A stretch of 64,000 bases of DNA from Nostoc sp. (GTDB lineage: Bacteria; Cyanobacteriota; Cyanobacteriia; Cyanobacteriales; Nostocaceae). The translations under genes were made by a program, and so were the position numbers. A model generated the notes under the pieces. That model ran no database searches and was not told the DNA's origin. It saw only the letters and a program-made list of their open reading frames with translations. Location of the stretch: NCBI GenBank assembly GCA_036918135.1, contig JBALDB010000056.1, positions 288,001-352,000 of the forward strand. Direction: 5' to 3'. Positions 21,857 to 31,093 of the stretch are shown here, one piece after another. The first letter of the stretch is position 1. Each line of letters begins with the position of its first letter.

Positions 21857-23107
21857 CTAACTTAGAGACTCCAAATAATCGCGGATGAGGTTGCGGCGTT
21901 TGGGTTGGCGTAACTTTTGCAAAGCCTTAGATTCAATTTGTCTTACTCGTTCCCGCGATAAGTCAAGAGCGCGTCCAATTTCTGCTAAAGAGTAGGGATG
22001 ACCATCAGCCAAACCAAATCGCATCAAAATTACGTCACGTTCCCGGCTAGTCAAATCTGACAGAAGATGATGCAAGTCTTTTTGTAAAGATTCTCGCATT
22101 AACATCTCTTCTGGAGTTACATTGTCAGTTTCGAGTAATTCTCCTAACTCAGTATCTTTATCTTTCCCTACCTTGGTTTCTAAAGAGACAGAGCGAGGAA
22201 CCCGCAACAAAACTTCCCGGACTTGTGTAGGTGTCATTTCTAACTCAGTGGCTAGATCCTCTAAAGTTGGGGTGCGACCTTTTTCTTGAGCAATTTTGCG
22301 TTGCGCTTTTTTGATTTTATTTAACTTTTCGGTAATATGAACAGGTAGGCGAATGGTGCGACTAGAAGTAGCGATCGCCCGTGTAATTCCCTGACGAATC
22401 CACCAGTAAGCATAGGTACTGAAGCGATAACCCTTAGTTGGGTCAAATTTCTCTACAGCTCTCTCTAAACCTAAAGTACCTTCTTGGACTAAATCCAACA
22501 ATTCCAAACCACGATTTTGATACTTCTTAGCAACAGACACAACCAGGCGAAGATTAGCCTTAATCATGTGTTCTTTTGCCTGGAGTCCTTGGGACTGAAT
22601 TTGCTCCAACTCTTCCACAGTCAACTTGGCGATTTCAGCCCAGCGACGTTTACCCTCTGCCAAAATCGGTCTGAGATTCGATACAGCGACACCAGCAGTG
22701 GCAGCCCACCTTTCCAAAGAAGGGCGATGTCCTAGTTCTGAGGTCAGACGCTCTTGAACTTCAATTAACCTTAGATAAGGCGAAATTACCTCATCTCCTT
22801 GCTTTGCGGCATTAGCAAGCACTATCCGCATCCGCAAATAGCGCTGAACTTTTTGAGCTTCTGAAACCTCTTCATCCCGCCCCAACAACCTAACCCGGCC
22901 AATTTCCTGAAGATATAGACGTACAAGATCTGTACTACGGCGGTTAGCGTTAGCAGCAAAGTTAGTATGGTCAACAGAAGCCATTTCTAACTCCTGTAGT
23001 TCGTCTACTGATAACTCACTTTCATCAACCGTGAGATCCGAGTCCAAAACCTGGCGGGACTTTTGGGTATTGTAGGCGGCATCTGCATAAAAAGATGTTG
23101 CTGGCAT
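21857..23107 (-). CDS. sigC: Group 2 sigma factor SigC
   Basis: MPATSFYAD N-terminus, RRSTDLVRLYLQEIG, sigma regions 2-4; upstream of furA. Confidence 0.88.
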   Translation of the reverse strand: MPATSFYADAAYNTQKSRQVLDSDLTVDESELSVDELQELEMASVDHTNFAANANRRSTDLVRLYLQEIGRVRLLGRDEEVSEAQKVQRYLRMRIVLANAAKQGDEVISPYLRLIEVQERLTSELGHRPSLERWAATAGVAVSNLRPILAEGKRRWAEIAKLTVEELEQIQSQGLQAKEHMIKANLRLVVSVAKKYQNRGLELLDLVQEGTLGLERAVEKFDPTKGYRFSTYAYWWIRQGITRAIATSSRTIRLPVHITEKLNKIKKAQRKIAQEKGRTPTLEDLATELEMTPTQVREVLLRVPRSVSLETKVGKDKDTELGELLETDNVTPEEMLMRESLQKDLHHLLSDLTSRERDVILMRFGLADGHPYSLAEIGRALDLSRERVRQIESKALQKLRQPKRRNLIRDYLESLS

Positions 23108-23703
23108 AAAGCGTCTCAATGGCTCCAGGTAACAATAGATTAGGGTCAGCTAAGATTACGGTCAGCTATTCAACTGTTGCTATTGTTCCCGTGATTCACG
23201 AGGAACTAACACGGTAGAGAATTCCATTACAATTTTTTTAGAAATTTAATGGAATAGTTTTATTAGATACAGTATTACTGAATTAATCGGCAGCTAAGCT
23301 TCTGATTGAACCAATAGCTATTCAAATCCGCAGCTAGGCTTTCAATATCTAAACTATTTACTTAAGATTTCAAATTTGATTATTTTTGATAGTTACTTTT
23401 GTAACATTGTATAAACATAATTCAGTGAATATCTGGTTTATAATTGGCATAGTCACATTTACATGGGTACGAAAGTAATATCCTGACGATTTACCAATTT
23501 TTTCTCAGGATTATTTGGGAATAAGTTTAACTAATAGGTTGAACAGAAGTGATTAATAGCGGTAGGGTAGTCAGACGCTCTGACACCAGGACACAAGAAG
23601 ATGCAAAGAGTGTTTGTGATAAATTCCTCGCGCCTCCGTCTCCTCTTTCGCGGTGTCTCCGTGTCAGAGCGTCAGAGCGTCTTTGCGTCCCCGCATCCGA
23701 CTA

Positions 23704-24678
23704 TTAGTAGTTATACTCAGGCTTGATATCTCGTAGCATTAGTTCATCAAGTGCTTGTCGGGGTGTAATATTACCCTGAAGTAAGCGATAAACTTGCTCG
23801 GTAATTGGCACAGCAATGTTTTGTTGCTTGGCTCGTTGTATCAAAACCCGACAAGTGTTAACTCCTTCAGCGGTTCCTTGTAAATTTGCCAGAATTTCTG
23901 TAAGTGTCTTACCGCTAGCTAGCTGGTAACCGACTTGGTAATTGCGACTTAAGGGACTATTGCAGGTTGCTAACAGATCTCCTAGACCCGATAAACCATA
24001 AAATGTTTCCGTCTTTGCGCCCCAGTGGTTACCAACGCGAATTATTTCTGTAAGTCCACGGGTGACTAAAGCAGCTTTGGCATTGGTTCCTAGTTGTAAA
24101 CCATCGCATACACCAGCGGCGATCGCAATGACATTTTTCAGAGTTCCCCCCAGTTCTACACCTAGAGGATCGAGATTGGTATATACCCGGAAACGATAGG
24201 AAGAAAATACTAACTGCACTAGTTCGGTCGCTGTGGAAATATTACTGGCGACCACCGTTGCTGCTGGTAATTGTTGTTGAATTTCTTGAGATAAATTCGG
24301 CCCTGAGAGAACAACTACTGCATGGTTAGGGAATATTGTTTGCCAAATTTGCGATGGCGTACAGGTTGTTTGGGGGTCTAAGCCTTTTGTAGCGGTGATA
24401 AAAATTGTCTGCTGAGAAAGAGGGAAAGAGTGGACTTGAGAAGCAACATCCCTAACACCTGTCATTGAAATAGCCGACAGGACTATTTGGACATCTTTGA
24501 GTACTGCTTCGAGAGTTTGCGAACCATGACGCGACCACAGGCGCACCTGATGACCATTGGCCGCTGCTAGATTTGCCAGCGCCATACCCCAAGCACCCGC
24601 ACCCAAAATTGCAACGGATTTTGGATTTTGGACTTCGGCTACGCTCAGTCGAAGGATTTCAGATTTTGGATTAGTCAT
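23704..24678 (-). CDS. gpsA: NAD(P)H-dependent glycerol-3-phosphate dehydrogenase
   Basis: GAGAWG, SGPNL, GGTLKNVIAIA, GLGDLLATC, SRN. Confidence 0.95.
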   Translation of the reverse strand: MTNPKSEILRLSVAEVQNPKSVAILGAGAWGMALANLAAANGHQVRLWSRHGSQTLEAVLKDVQIVLSAISMTGVRDVASQVHSFPLSQQTIFITATKGLDPQTTCTPSQIWQTIFPNHAVVVLSGPNLSQEIQQQLPAATVVASNISTATELVQLVFSSYRFRVYTNLDPLGVELGGTLKNVIAIAAGVCDGLQLGTNAKAALVTRGLTEIIRVGNHWGAKTETFYGLSGLGDLLATCNSPLSRNYQVGYQLASGKTLTEILANLQGTAEGVNTCRVLIQRAKQQNIAVPITEQVYRLLQGNITPRQALDELMLRDIKPEYNY

Positions 24679-24773
24679 TACTCAAGAGACTCCACCAGTT
24701 GCACTTGTAAGCAAAGATAAAATTTTTCTTTTCCTCTCCCGACTTCCATCTCTTTGCTCACCAATCTCAAATC

Positions 24774-25658
24774 TCAAATCTCAAATTGACTACGGGGATA
24801 ACGTTCCATTAATTCCCTGACTTGTTCTGCATGGTATGAGCTTCTTGTCAATGGTGAAGAAACTACCTGTAAAAATCCTAATTCTTCGCCGAATGCCTTC
24901 CAAGTTGCAAATTGTTCTGGGTGGATAAATTCATTTACTTTCAGATGTTTTTGAGTGGGTTGGAGATATTGCCCAATTGTTAGAATGTTGCAATCTACAG
25001 TTTGTAAGTCTTGCATGACTTGACGGATTTCAGCGTCAGTTTCACCAAGTCCAACCATGATACCGGATTTAGTGTAGGTGCTAGGAGAAAGTTGGCGAGT
25101 TCGCTGCAATAATTCTAATGTGCGATCGTAGTTTCCTTGGGGACGCACCCGACGATACAGCCGCGGGACAGTTTCCGTATTATGGTTTAACACCTCTGGC
25201 GCAGCTCGGAGAATCAACTCTAAAGCATCCCAATTACCGCACAAGTCAGGAATTAATACTTCAATTGTAGTGTTGGGTGAGACGGTACGTACTGCATCAA
25301 TACACCCCACAAATTGAGATGCACCACCATCTAGCAAATCATCTCGGTTGACAGAAGTGATTACCACATGATTAAGTTTCATGCGGCGAACAGCTTCCGC
25401 TAATCGTGCAGGCTCGGTGGGGTCTAGTGCTTTGGGTTTTTTCTCAAAATCAATATCGCAGTAGGGACAAGCACGCGTACAAGCCGGGCCCATAATCAAA
25501 AACGTAGCAGTCCCAGCGTTAAAGCATTCACCAATATTCGGACAGGACGCTTCCTCACAAACTGTATTGAGGGCTAAATCCCGCAAAATGTCTTTAACGT
25601 TACCGATGCGCTCACGCCCAGGTGCTTTTACCCGCAACCAGTCTGGTTTTACAGTCAC
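24774..25658 (-). CDS. lipA: Lipoyl synthase
   Basis: [26 protein letters not shown]. Confidence 0.95.
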   Translation of the reverse strand: MTVKPDWLRVKAPGRERIGNVKDILRDLALNTVCEEASCPNIGECFNAGTATFLIMGPACTRACPYCDIDFEKKPKALDPTEPARLAEAVRRMKLNHVVITSVNRDDLLDGGASQFVGCIDAVRTVSPNTTIEVLIPDLCGNWDALELILRAAPEVLNHNTETVPRLYRRVRPQGNYDRTLELLQRTRQLSPSTYTKSGIMVGLGETDAEIRQVMQDLQTVDCNILTIGQYLQPTQKHLKVNEFIHPEQFATWKAFGEELGFLQVVSSPLTRSSYHAEQVRELMERYPRSQFEI

Positions 25659-25795
25659 AATCCGCTTTTACCACTAAAGTTATACAAATTTAATCGTAGC
25701 AAGCAAAGCCTGTGGTGAAGTGATTATATATAGATGTAATTTTGTCATTTGGCACGGGTTGTGGTATTCTAGATTAATAATGCCATCTTTTTTGG

Positions 25796-25869
25796 CGGGA
25801 TGTAGCGCAGCTTGGTAGCGCACTTCGTTCGGGACGAAGGGGCCGCTGGTTCGAATCCAGTCATCCCGA
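25796..25869 (+). tRNA. trnP: tRNA-Pro(CGG); CAST homing target
   Basis: CGGGATG/CATCCCG acceptor stem, CTTCG-TTCGGGA-CGAAG anticodon arm, GGTTCGAATCC T-arm. Confidence 0.97.
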
Positions 25870-25873
25870 TTGT

Positions 25874-25977
25874 TGTACATTCGCAAATTATATGTCGCAA
25901 TTCGCAAATTAGTGTCGTTTTGACTGTTTTTTGGAGTCAATTTAATTATACTGAGTTTTCGCAAATTAATGTCGCAA
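25874..25977 (+). repeat. CAST left end with TnsB-binding sites
   Basis: TGTACATTCGCAAATTATATGTCGCAATTCGCAAATTAGTGTCG plus a third TTCGCAAATTAATGTCGC site. Confidence 0.9.
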
Positions 25978-26037
25978 CTGTGATGTGGTGGAGTGATTCC
26001 ACTACACTTGTAGAATATGCTAAAAAGTTCAGAATAT

Positions 26038-26077
26038 TCCAGAACGAAGTGCGCCTTTCAACCCTCCTAATTGAAAC
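26038..26077 (-). CRISPR. Homing crRNA unit: truncated 23-nt repeat plus 17-nt spacer matching tRNA-Pro
   Basis: Repeat GTTTCAATTAGGAGGGTTGAAAG (26077-26055), then GCGCACTTCGTTCTGGA, which matches 25818-25834 at 16/17 behind a GTA PAM. Confidence 0.92.
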
Positions 26078-26108
26078 AAATATCTCACCTAGTAACAACA
26101 AAAATTTC

Positions 26109-26585
26109 CTTTCAACCTACCCCTAGCCGAAATGGTGGTTGAAACTTTGATGATACTTATCAACCAAAGCGCTTTGAGTTTCTTTCAACCCACCCCTAGC
26201 CGGAATGGTGGTTGAAACGAAGAAGAAAAGCTAAAAGAAAGACTTGCAGTCAGAGTCTTTCAACCCACCTTTAGCCGGAATGGTGGTTGAAACGTTAAAT
26301 AAACTTGAACTTATGCTCTATATTAATTCTTTCAACCCACCCCTAGCCGGAATGGTGGTTGAAACCCTACTTCGTTTACTGTTATTGCGCTCATTTTGTT
26401 TCCTTTCAACCCACCCCTAGCCGGAATGGTGGTTGAAACTAGGAAAACCTTGACCAAAAGGAAATTCAACTGAATCTTTCAACCCACCCCTAGCCGGAAT
26501 GGTGGTTGAAACTCTAAATTGGTGCCAACGACCAAGTTAGAAACTATTCTTTCAACCCACCCCTAGCCGGAATGGTGGTTGAAAC
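26109..26585 (-). CRISPR. Type V-K CRISPR array: 7 repeats of 37 bp and 6 spacers of 35-38 bp
   Basis: Repeat GTTTCAACCACCATTCCGGCTAGGGGTGGGTTGAAAG at plus-strand starts 26109 (degenerate), 26182, 26257, 26329, 26403, 26476 and 26549; leader on the 26586+ side. Confidence 0.97.
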
Positions 26586-26782
26586 CTTGCCGTCTAGACC
26601 CCCTGCAAATAAAACTTTTCAGATACAAATTTGGCATATCCCTTAAAAAGCTTCTTTCGTCTCGGATCAAAAAACTAAATCAATTGGCACATTAGTCTCT
26701 GAAATTAAGACATCACAAGGGTTTTAAAGTTTTGGCGGGACTCCAGGGATTTTGCCCCCGCTTTGACACGCCAAAAAAATAT

Positions 26783-27036
26783 TTGGGAGGGTTCCCCCGA
26801 CGAAGGGGGTGATTCAGTAGCCACCACTGTGGTAATCCACACCGTTATGAATAACGACTATGGCTAAAAGCCTTACTCCTTATTGCTGGGAGCGCACCTA
26901 TCCTGTCTTGCGACAGCAGCAGCAGAAGCGGGCAAGCTATCAGGGTCAGAAAGCATGACGATCTTCCAACCGCCAAACTAACCCAGATTTATCACACTAC
27001 ATTGGCTCAAAAGAGCATGAACTGCGGCGCTGTTAT
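26783..27036 (-). ncRNA. Cas12k tracrRNA
   Basis: Minus-strand blocks AGCGCCGCAGTTCATGC, GCTTTCTGACCCTG, GGATAGGTGCGCTCCCAGCAATAAG and GGCTACTGAATCACCCCC...GGGGGAACCCTCC, as in known V-K tracrRNAs; TATAAT at 27048-27043; ends approximate. Confidence 0.9.
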
Positions 27037-27077
27037 AAAAATATTATATTTTCTAGGTTCGGATTAGTGAATTAAAT

Positions 27078-28979
27078 TTAAGCAGCTTGACGTTCTTGGT
27101 AAGCAAAGACGGCTAAATTTCGCGCTTTTTCTTGTGGACTACCTCTGATTGGCTGTGTACCAATTTCAGTAGAAATTCCGACTTTTGCAGCTTGGGATTT
27201 AATACTCTTAATTAATCGACCGTAACTCCAGCGATGAATGCTCATACGATATTCTTTGGCATATTTTTGTTGAGCTTCCTTATAACCAGGACATTTCCTT
27301 TCTGCTCTGGATTGGATTTCGCTACTGATTTGCTCACGAATATTGCGGAGTTTTGGGATAACTATGCTGTCTGCTTGATAGGTTTTGGCGATCGCAATAA
27401 TTGCATCTGCTAATAATCTATCGACATATTGCCCTAACTCTGATTCACCAAAGGAGTTTGGCGTATTCTGTTTTTGAGCTTTGTGTCGTTCGTGAGATAA
27501 GCGTTGCTGTTGTTGTCGCTGACGATTGAGAAGATTGTAGTTTTCACCAAGTAGTTGTTTGACGCTGCGATAAGCTAGAACTTCATTTTTAACAACATCT
27601 ACCACCGCTACTGTGACTGGCTTTTCTAGACCAAAACTAACGCCAACTAGGATTGAAGGTTGACCTTGATAATTAGGCTTACTGGGACGAGGGAAAGGGT
27701 TATTAATTCGAGCTAACGTTGATTGCTGACGAGTGATAAAAGCTTGCTGTTTATCTTTGAGGTCATCTTTCTGTTTTACCTTCGTTAAAGTTTTGGTAAT
27801 TGCGGTGACTTTCTCTTCAACTACCTGTTGAGTTCCTTCAGTAGTCCACATCCGAGTATCTAAAGAGCAGTAAAGATGCAGCTGATTTACTTTCCAGAGT
27901 TTACCTTTTCCCTCACCTGGGAACCAAGCAAGCCTACCTGAACGCAGAGTGAACAAACTGCTTGAATGTTGGTTTTTACTATTGCGTTTAATTTCTTGAT
28001 CCTCTAAAAAGCGTTGAAAGTACTGCAAATGACGCTTATCACAGTAAATCTCAAAGGTCAGTTTTCCTAAGCCATTGAACCGAACAAAGAGACGATCTTT
28101 GTCATTTTTTAACCATGTCATATCTTCGTTAGATTCGTAAGCCACAGGAAAGGGGACATCAGCAGTTTTTCTTAACAGTGCTGCTTGCCAAGCTTTTGCC
28201 TCTTTTTCATTTTGAGCTACATTAGCTGTAGCAATTTCTAAAGTTTCTAACCACTCTTCTCCTGTCAAATCTCTACCTTTCGGTATGCGACTTTGAAGTT
28301 GGTCTTTTAATCGCTCAATTTCTATTTCCTTTTTGCGTCTATTTCTAGTAAATTCTTCTGGGTCTTCGTCAAGTTCACTGATTTTACAGTTATTTTTGAG
28401 CAGATATGCGAAAGCGCAACGAGTAAGAGGGTCTTCTGTTTCTCCGTAAGTGTTTAAGAGAATTTGGAAAAGTGAAGATTTTTTGGACTTTGTAGATTTT
28501 TTAGTCTTTTTTCCCTTTTTCTGGTTGCTATTCTGCTCGAACTGGAGGGTAAATTTGGTAAGAATTTCGGTGGCTTTAGTACGAATTACGTTTAAGCTAC
28601 ATTGACTTTCTTGTTCGAGTTCTAGATCGCTTTTGAGTATTTTCAGCCAACGCTCTTTTCCTTCTATTTGGTACTTTCTGCGTTTTTGTAACGCAAACCA
28701 GGATTTATATACATAATCCACTAAAGCGATCGCTGAGGTGTAAAAGCGTCCAGGTTGAGCAGCAAAACGCTCTTGAGTTTTGAGGGAGTTAACAAGTGTT
28801 TTGAGTAATTCAGTAGGTATTTTGCCTTCTTCTAACCAGGTTTCAAATTCTGGGTGCTTTCCTACCTGTAGCAACAATTCATTGATAAGTGGTGTATTTT
28901 TTTCAGCCATAAGTTCCCACAGTTGACAGAGAGTGTCTTCTTCAGCAACCAAGCGACATTGAATTGTAATAACGCTCAT
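27078..28979 (-). CDS. cas12k: Type V-K effector Cas12k
   Basis: 633 aa; MSVITIQCRL, NTPLINELL, PKGRDLT, inactive RuvC-like LVGVSFGLEKPVTVAVVD, HRWSYGRL. Confidence 0.97.
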   Translation of the reverse strand: MSVITIQCRLVAEEDTLCQLWELMAEKNTPLINELLLQVGKHPEFETWLEEGKIPTELLKTLVNSLKTQERFAAQPGRFYTSAIALVDYVYKSWFALQKRRKYQIEGKERWLKILKSDLELEQESQCSLNVIRTKATEILTKFTLQFEQNSNQKKGKKTKKSTKSKKSSLFQILLNTYGETEDPLTRCAFAYLLKNNCKISELDEDPEEFTRNRRKKEIEIERLKDQLQSRIPKGRDLTGEEWLETLEIATANVAQNEKEAKAWQAALLRKTADVPFPVAYESNEDMTWLKNDKDRLFVRFNGLGKLTFEIYCDKRHLQYFQRFLEDQEIKRNSKNQHSSSLFTLRSGRLAWFPGEGKGKLWKVNQLHLYCSLDTRMWTTEGTQQVVEEKVTAITKTLTKVKQKDDLKDKQQAFITRQQSTLARINNPFPRPSKPNYQGQPSILVGVSFGLEKPVTVAVVDVVKNEVLAYRSVKQLLGENYNLLNRQRQQQQRLSHERHKAQKQNTPNSFGESELGQYVDRLLADAIIAIAKTYQADSIVIPKLRNIREQISSEIQSRAERKCPGYKEAQQKYAKEYRMSIHRWSYGRLIKSIKSQAAKVGISTEIGTQPIRGSPQEKARNLAVFAYQERQAA

Positions 28980-29044
28980 GGTGTCCTCAGCTTTGTGGAT
29001 TCGGTAACACTGACAGAGTTGTTAATTGTTTTTTTACTTCCAAT

Positions 29045-29080
29045 ATTATAGCGCAATGCCGTAATAGCGCAATGCCGCAA
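29045..29080 (-). promoter_or_regulatory. cas12k promoter overlapped by a direct-repeat operator
   Basis: Minus-strand TATAAT at 29050-29045; ATAGCGCAATGCCG repeated at 29048-29061 and 29064-29077. Confidence 0.6.
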
Positions 29081-29141
29081 ATGTTTTTTTACTGACAGGC
29101 TGTGCAAAAATGAAAGCCGCAAACTTTGGCTTCAAATTAGG

Positions 29142-29306
29142 ATGGCAGAAGAAACTAGAGAGGTTAGGGGGAGACTCCCTAAAGACTTAAAAATTGCCTT
29201 TGAAATCGCCTGTGCGCGTCTAGAAGTGACGCAAACTGCGGCTTTGGAGGAGGCAATTAGAGATTGGTTGCAAAAAAAAGATTTCCCTGTTGATGGGAAG
29301 TCGTAG
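29142..29306 (+). CDS. Small ribbon-helix-helix (Arc/CopG/ParG-like) repressor divergent from cas12k; absent from the ORF track
   Basis: MAEETREVRGRLPKDLKIAFEIACARLEVTQTAALEEAIRDWLQKKDFPVDGKS* (54 aa): beta-strand followed by two amphipathic helices; occupies the usual CAST regulator position. Confidence 0.8.
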   Translation: MAEETREVRGRLPKDLKIAFEIACARLEVTQTAALEEAIRDWLQKKDFPVDGKS

Positions 29307-29583
29307 GGGAGTTAAAGGATTATGGTTAAAATTGCTGAGGCATTTGCATAATATTATGATGTAAAACTTTTAAATTACTGATTTCTTAGCCTCTGCGAGA
29401 AATCGAGGTTCATACCTACATCAATCGTAAATTTCAATCTAGGCTTGGGAGTTTGAGACTGGATTAACTATGTAAGATTTTTAACCGGGATGTAGCATTT
29501 AACGAATCGCACGCTCATTTCACCTTGTAGGTGCAAAATTATGAGCCAAGCTATTAATATTAAAAATCCCACTGTAGAGCTAA

Positions 29584-31023
29584 ATGTTCGAGCAAACTTT
29601 TAAAAATATTGATGATGTTCTCTGGAAGGAGGCGGGTTGTACTACAGAGTTAGATTACACCGAGCAAACGTCTTGGTTGCTGTTTCTGAAGTATTTGGAT
29701 GATTTGGAGCAGGAAAGGGCGCTAGAGGCGGAACTAGCTGGCAAGCCATACGAATTTATTATTGATGAGGCGCACCGCTGGTCTGTGTGGGCAGCACCGA
29801 AAAAGGCGAATGGTACATTGGATCCTGATAATGCGCTGATTGGCGATGATCTGATTGATTATGTCAACCGCCAACTATTTCCATATTTACAAAGTTTCAA
29901 GCAACGGGCTACTAGTCCAGACACAATCGAATACAAGATTGGGGAAATTTTTAGTGAGATTAAGAATAGGTTTCAAAGCGGCTACAGCTTACGGGATGCG
30001 CTGGAATATATTGATGAGCTACGGTTTAGATCGCAACAGGAGAAACACGAGCTATCGCATCTCTATGAAGCCAAAATCAAAAATATGGGGAATGCGGGGC
30101 GCAATGGTGGGGAATATTACACACCGCGTCCGTTGATTCGCGCAATGATTCAGGTGGTGAAGCCGAAGATTGGCGATCGCATTTATGATGGGGCTTGCGG
30201 TTCGGCGGGGTTTTTGTGTGAGAGTTACGACTACTTACGTCGGGGTAAGCTGACAACAAAAGAGCTTGAGATACTTCAAAAACATACGTTTACTGGTAAA
30301 GAAAAGAAAAGTTTGGCGTATGTGATTGCGATCATGAATATGATTTTGCATGGCATTGATGCGCCGAATATTATCCACACCAACACGCTGACAGAAAATC
30401 TCAGTGATATTCAAGACAAGAATCGCTTTGATATAATTTTGGCTAATCCGCCATTTGGGGGGAAGGAACGCAAGGAAGTACAGCAGAATTTCCCGATTAA
30501 GACTGGGGAAACGGCGTTTCTGTTTTTGCAGCATTTCATCAAAATGCTGAAGATGGGCGGTAAGGCGGCGGTGGTAATCAAAAATACGTTTCTGTCAAAT
30601 TCGGATAATGCTTCGCGGGCGTTGCGTCAAGAGCTTTTGAGTAGTTGCAATCTGCACACGATTTTGGATTGTCCAAGTGGGACTTTTATCGGGGCTGGGG
30701 TAAAAACGGTGGTGCTGTTTTTTGATAAAGGGAAGCCCTTTGACTCTGTTCAGGGAACGCCTTTATTTTCTCAGGGAAAACCTTTAACTCAGGGAATGGC
30801 TACTCAGAAAATTTGGTATTACCAACTCGATCCGGGGCGGAATATGGGTAAAACCAATTCGTTGAATGATGAGGATTTGCGCGAGTTTGTGGAGTTACAG
30901 GCTAGGTTTGCAGAGTCGGAAAAGTCTTGGCTGGTGGATATTGCTGATGTGGATCGGGTGACGTTTGATCTATCGGTGAAGAATCCAAATAAAGCTGAGG
31001 AATCGTTGTTACGAGAACCGTAG
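29584..31023 (+). CDS. hsdM: Type I R-M methyltransferase HsdM, probably with a premature stop near the C-terminus
   Basis: GEYYTPR, DGACGSAG, ANPPF; the frame continues past TAG as EILDEISALDAESAEIL. Confidence 0.9.
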   Translation: MFEQTFKNIDDVLWKEAGCTTELDYTEQTSWLLFLKYLDDLEQERALEAELAGKPYEFIIDEAHRWSVWAAPKKANGTLDPDNALIGDDLIDYVNRQLFPYLQSFKQRATSPDTIEYKIGEIFSEIKNRFQSGYSLRDALEYIDELRFRSQQEKHELSHLYEAKIKNMGNAGRNGGEYYTPRPLIRAMIQVVKPKIGDRIYDGACGSAGFLCESYDYLRRGKLTTKELEILQKHTFTGKEKKSLAYVIAIMNMILHGIDAPNIIHTNTLTENLSDIQDKNRFDIILANPPFGGKERKEVQQNFPIKTGETAFLFLQHFIKMLKMGGKAAVVIKNTFLSNSDNASRALRQELLSSCNLHTILDCPSGTFIGAGVKTVVLFFDKGKPFDSVQGTPLFSQGKPLTQGMATQKIWYYQLDPGRNMGKTNSLNDEDLREFVELQARFAESEKSWLVDIADVDRVTFDLSVKNPNKAEESLLREP

Positions 31024-31093
31024 GAAATTTTGGATGAAATTTCTGCGTTAGATGCGGAAAGTGCAGAGATTTTGGCAGGGATTGGGGGATGGT

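Noticed and set aside
25680..26126. ORFs 25680-25964 (-) and 25812-26126 (+)
   Set aside because: They overlap tRNA-Pro, the CAST left end and the homing crRNA, so they are spurious.
26146..26548. Self-targeting by the array spacers within this window
   Set aside because: No convincing match seen by eye; a BLASTN-short search is needed to exclude it.
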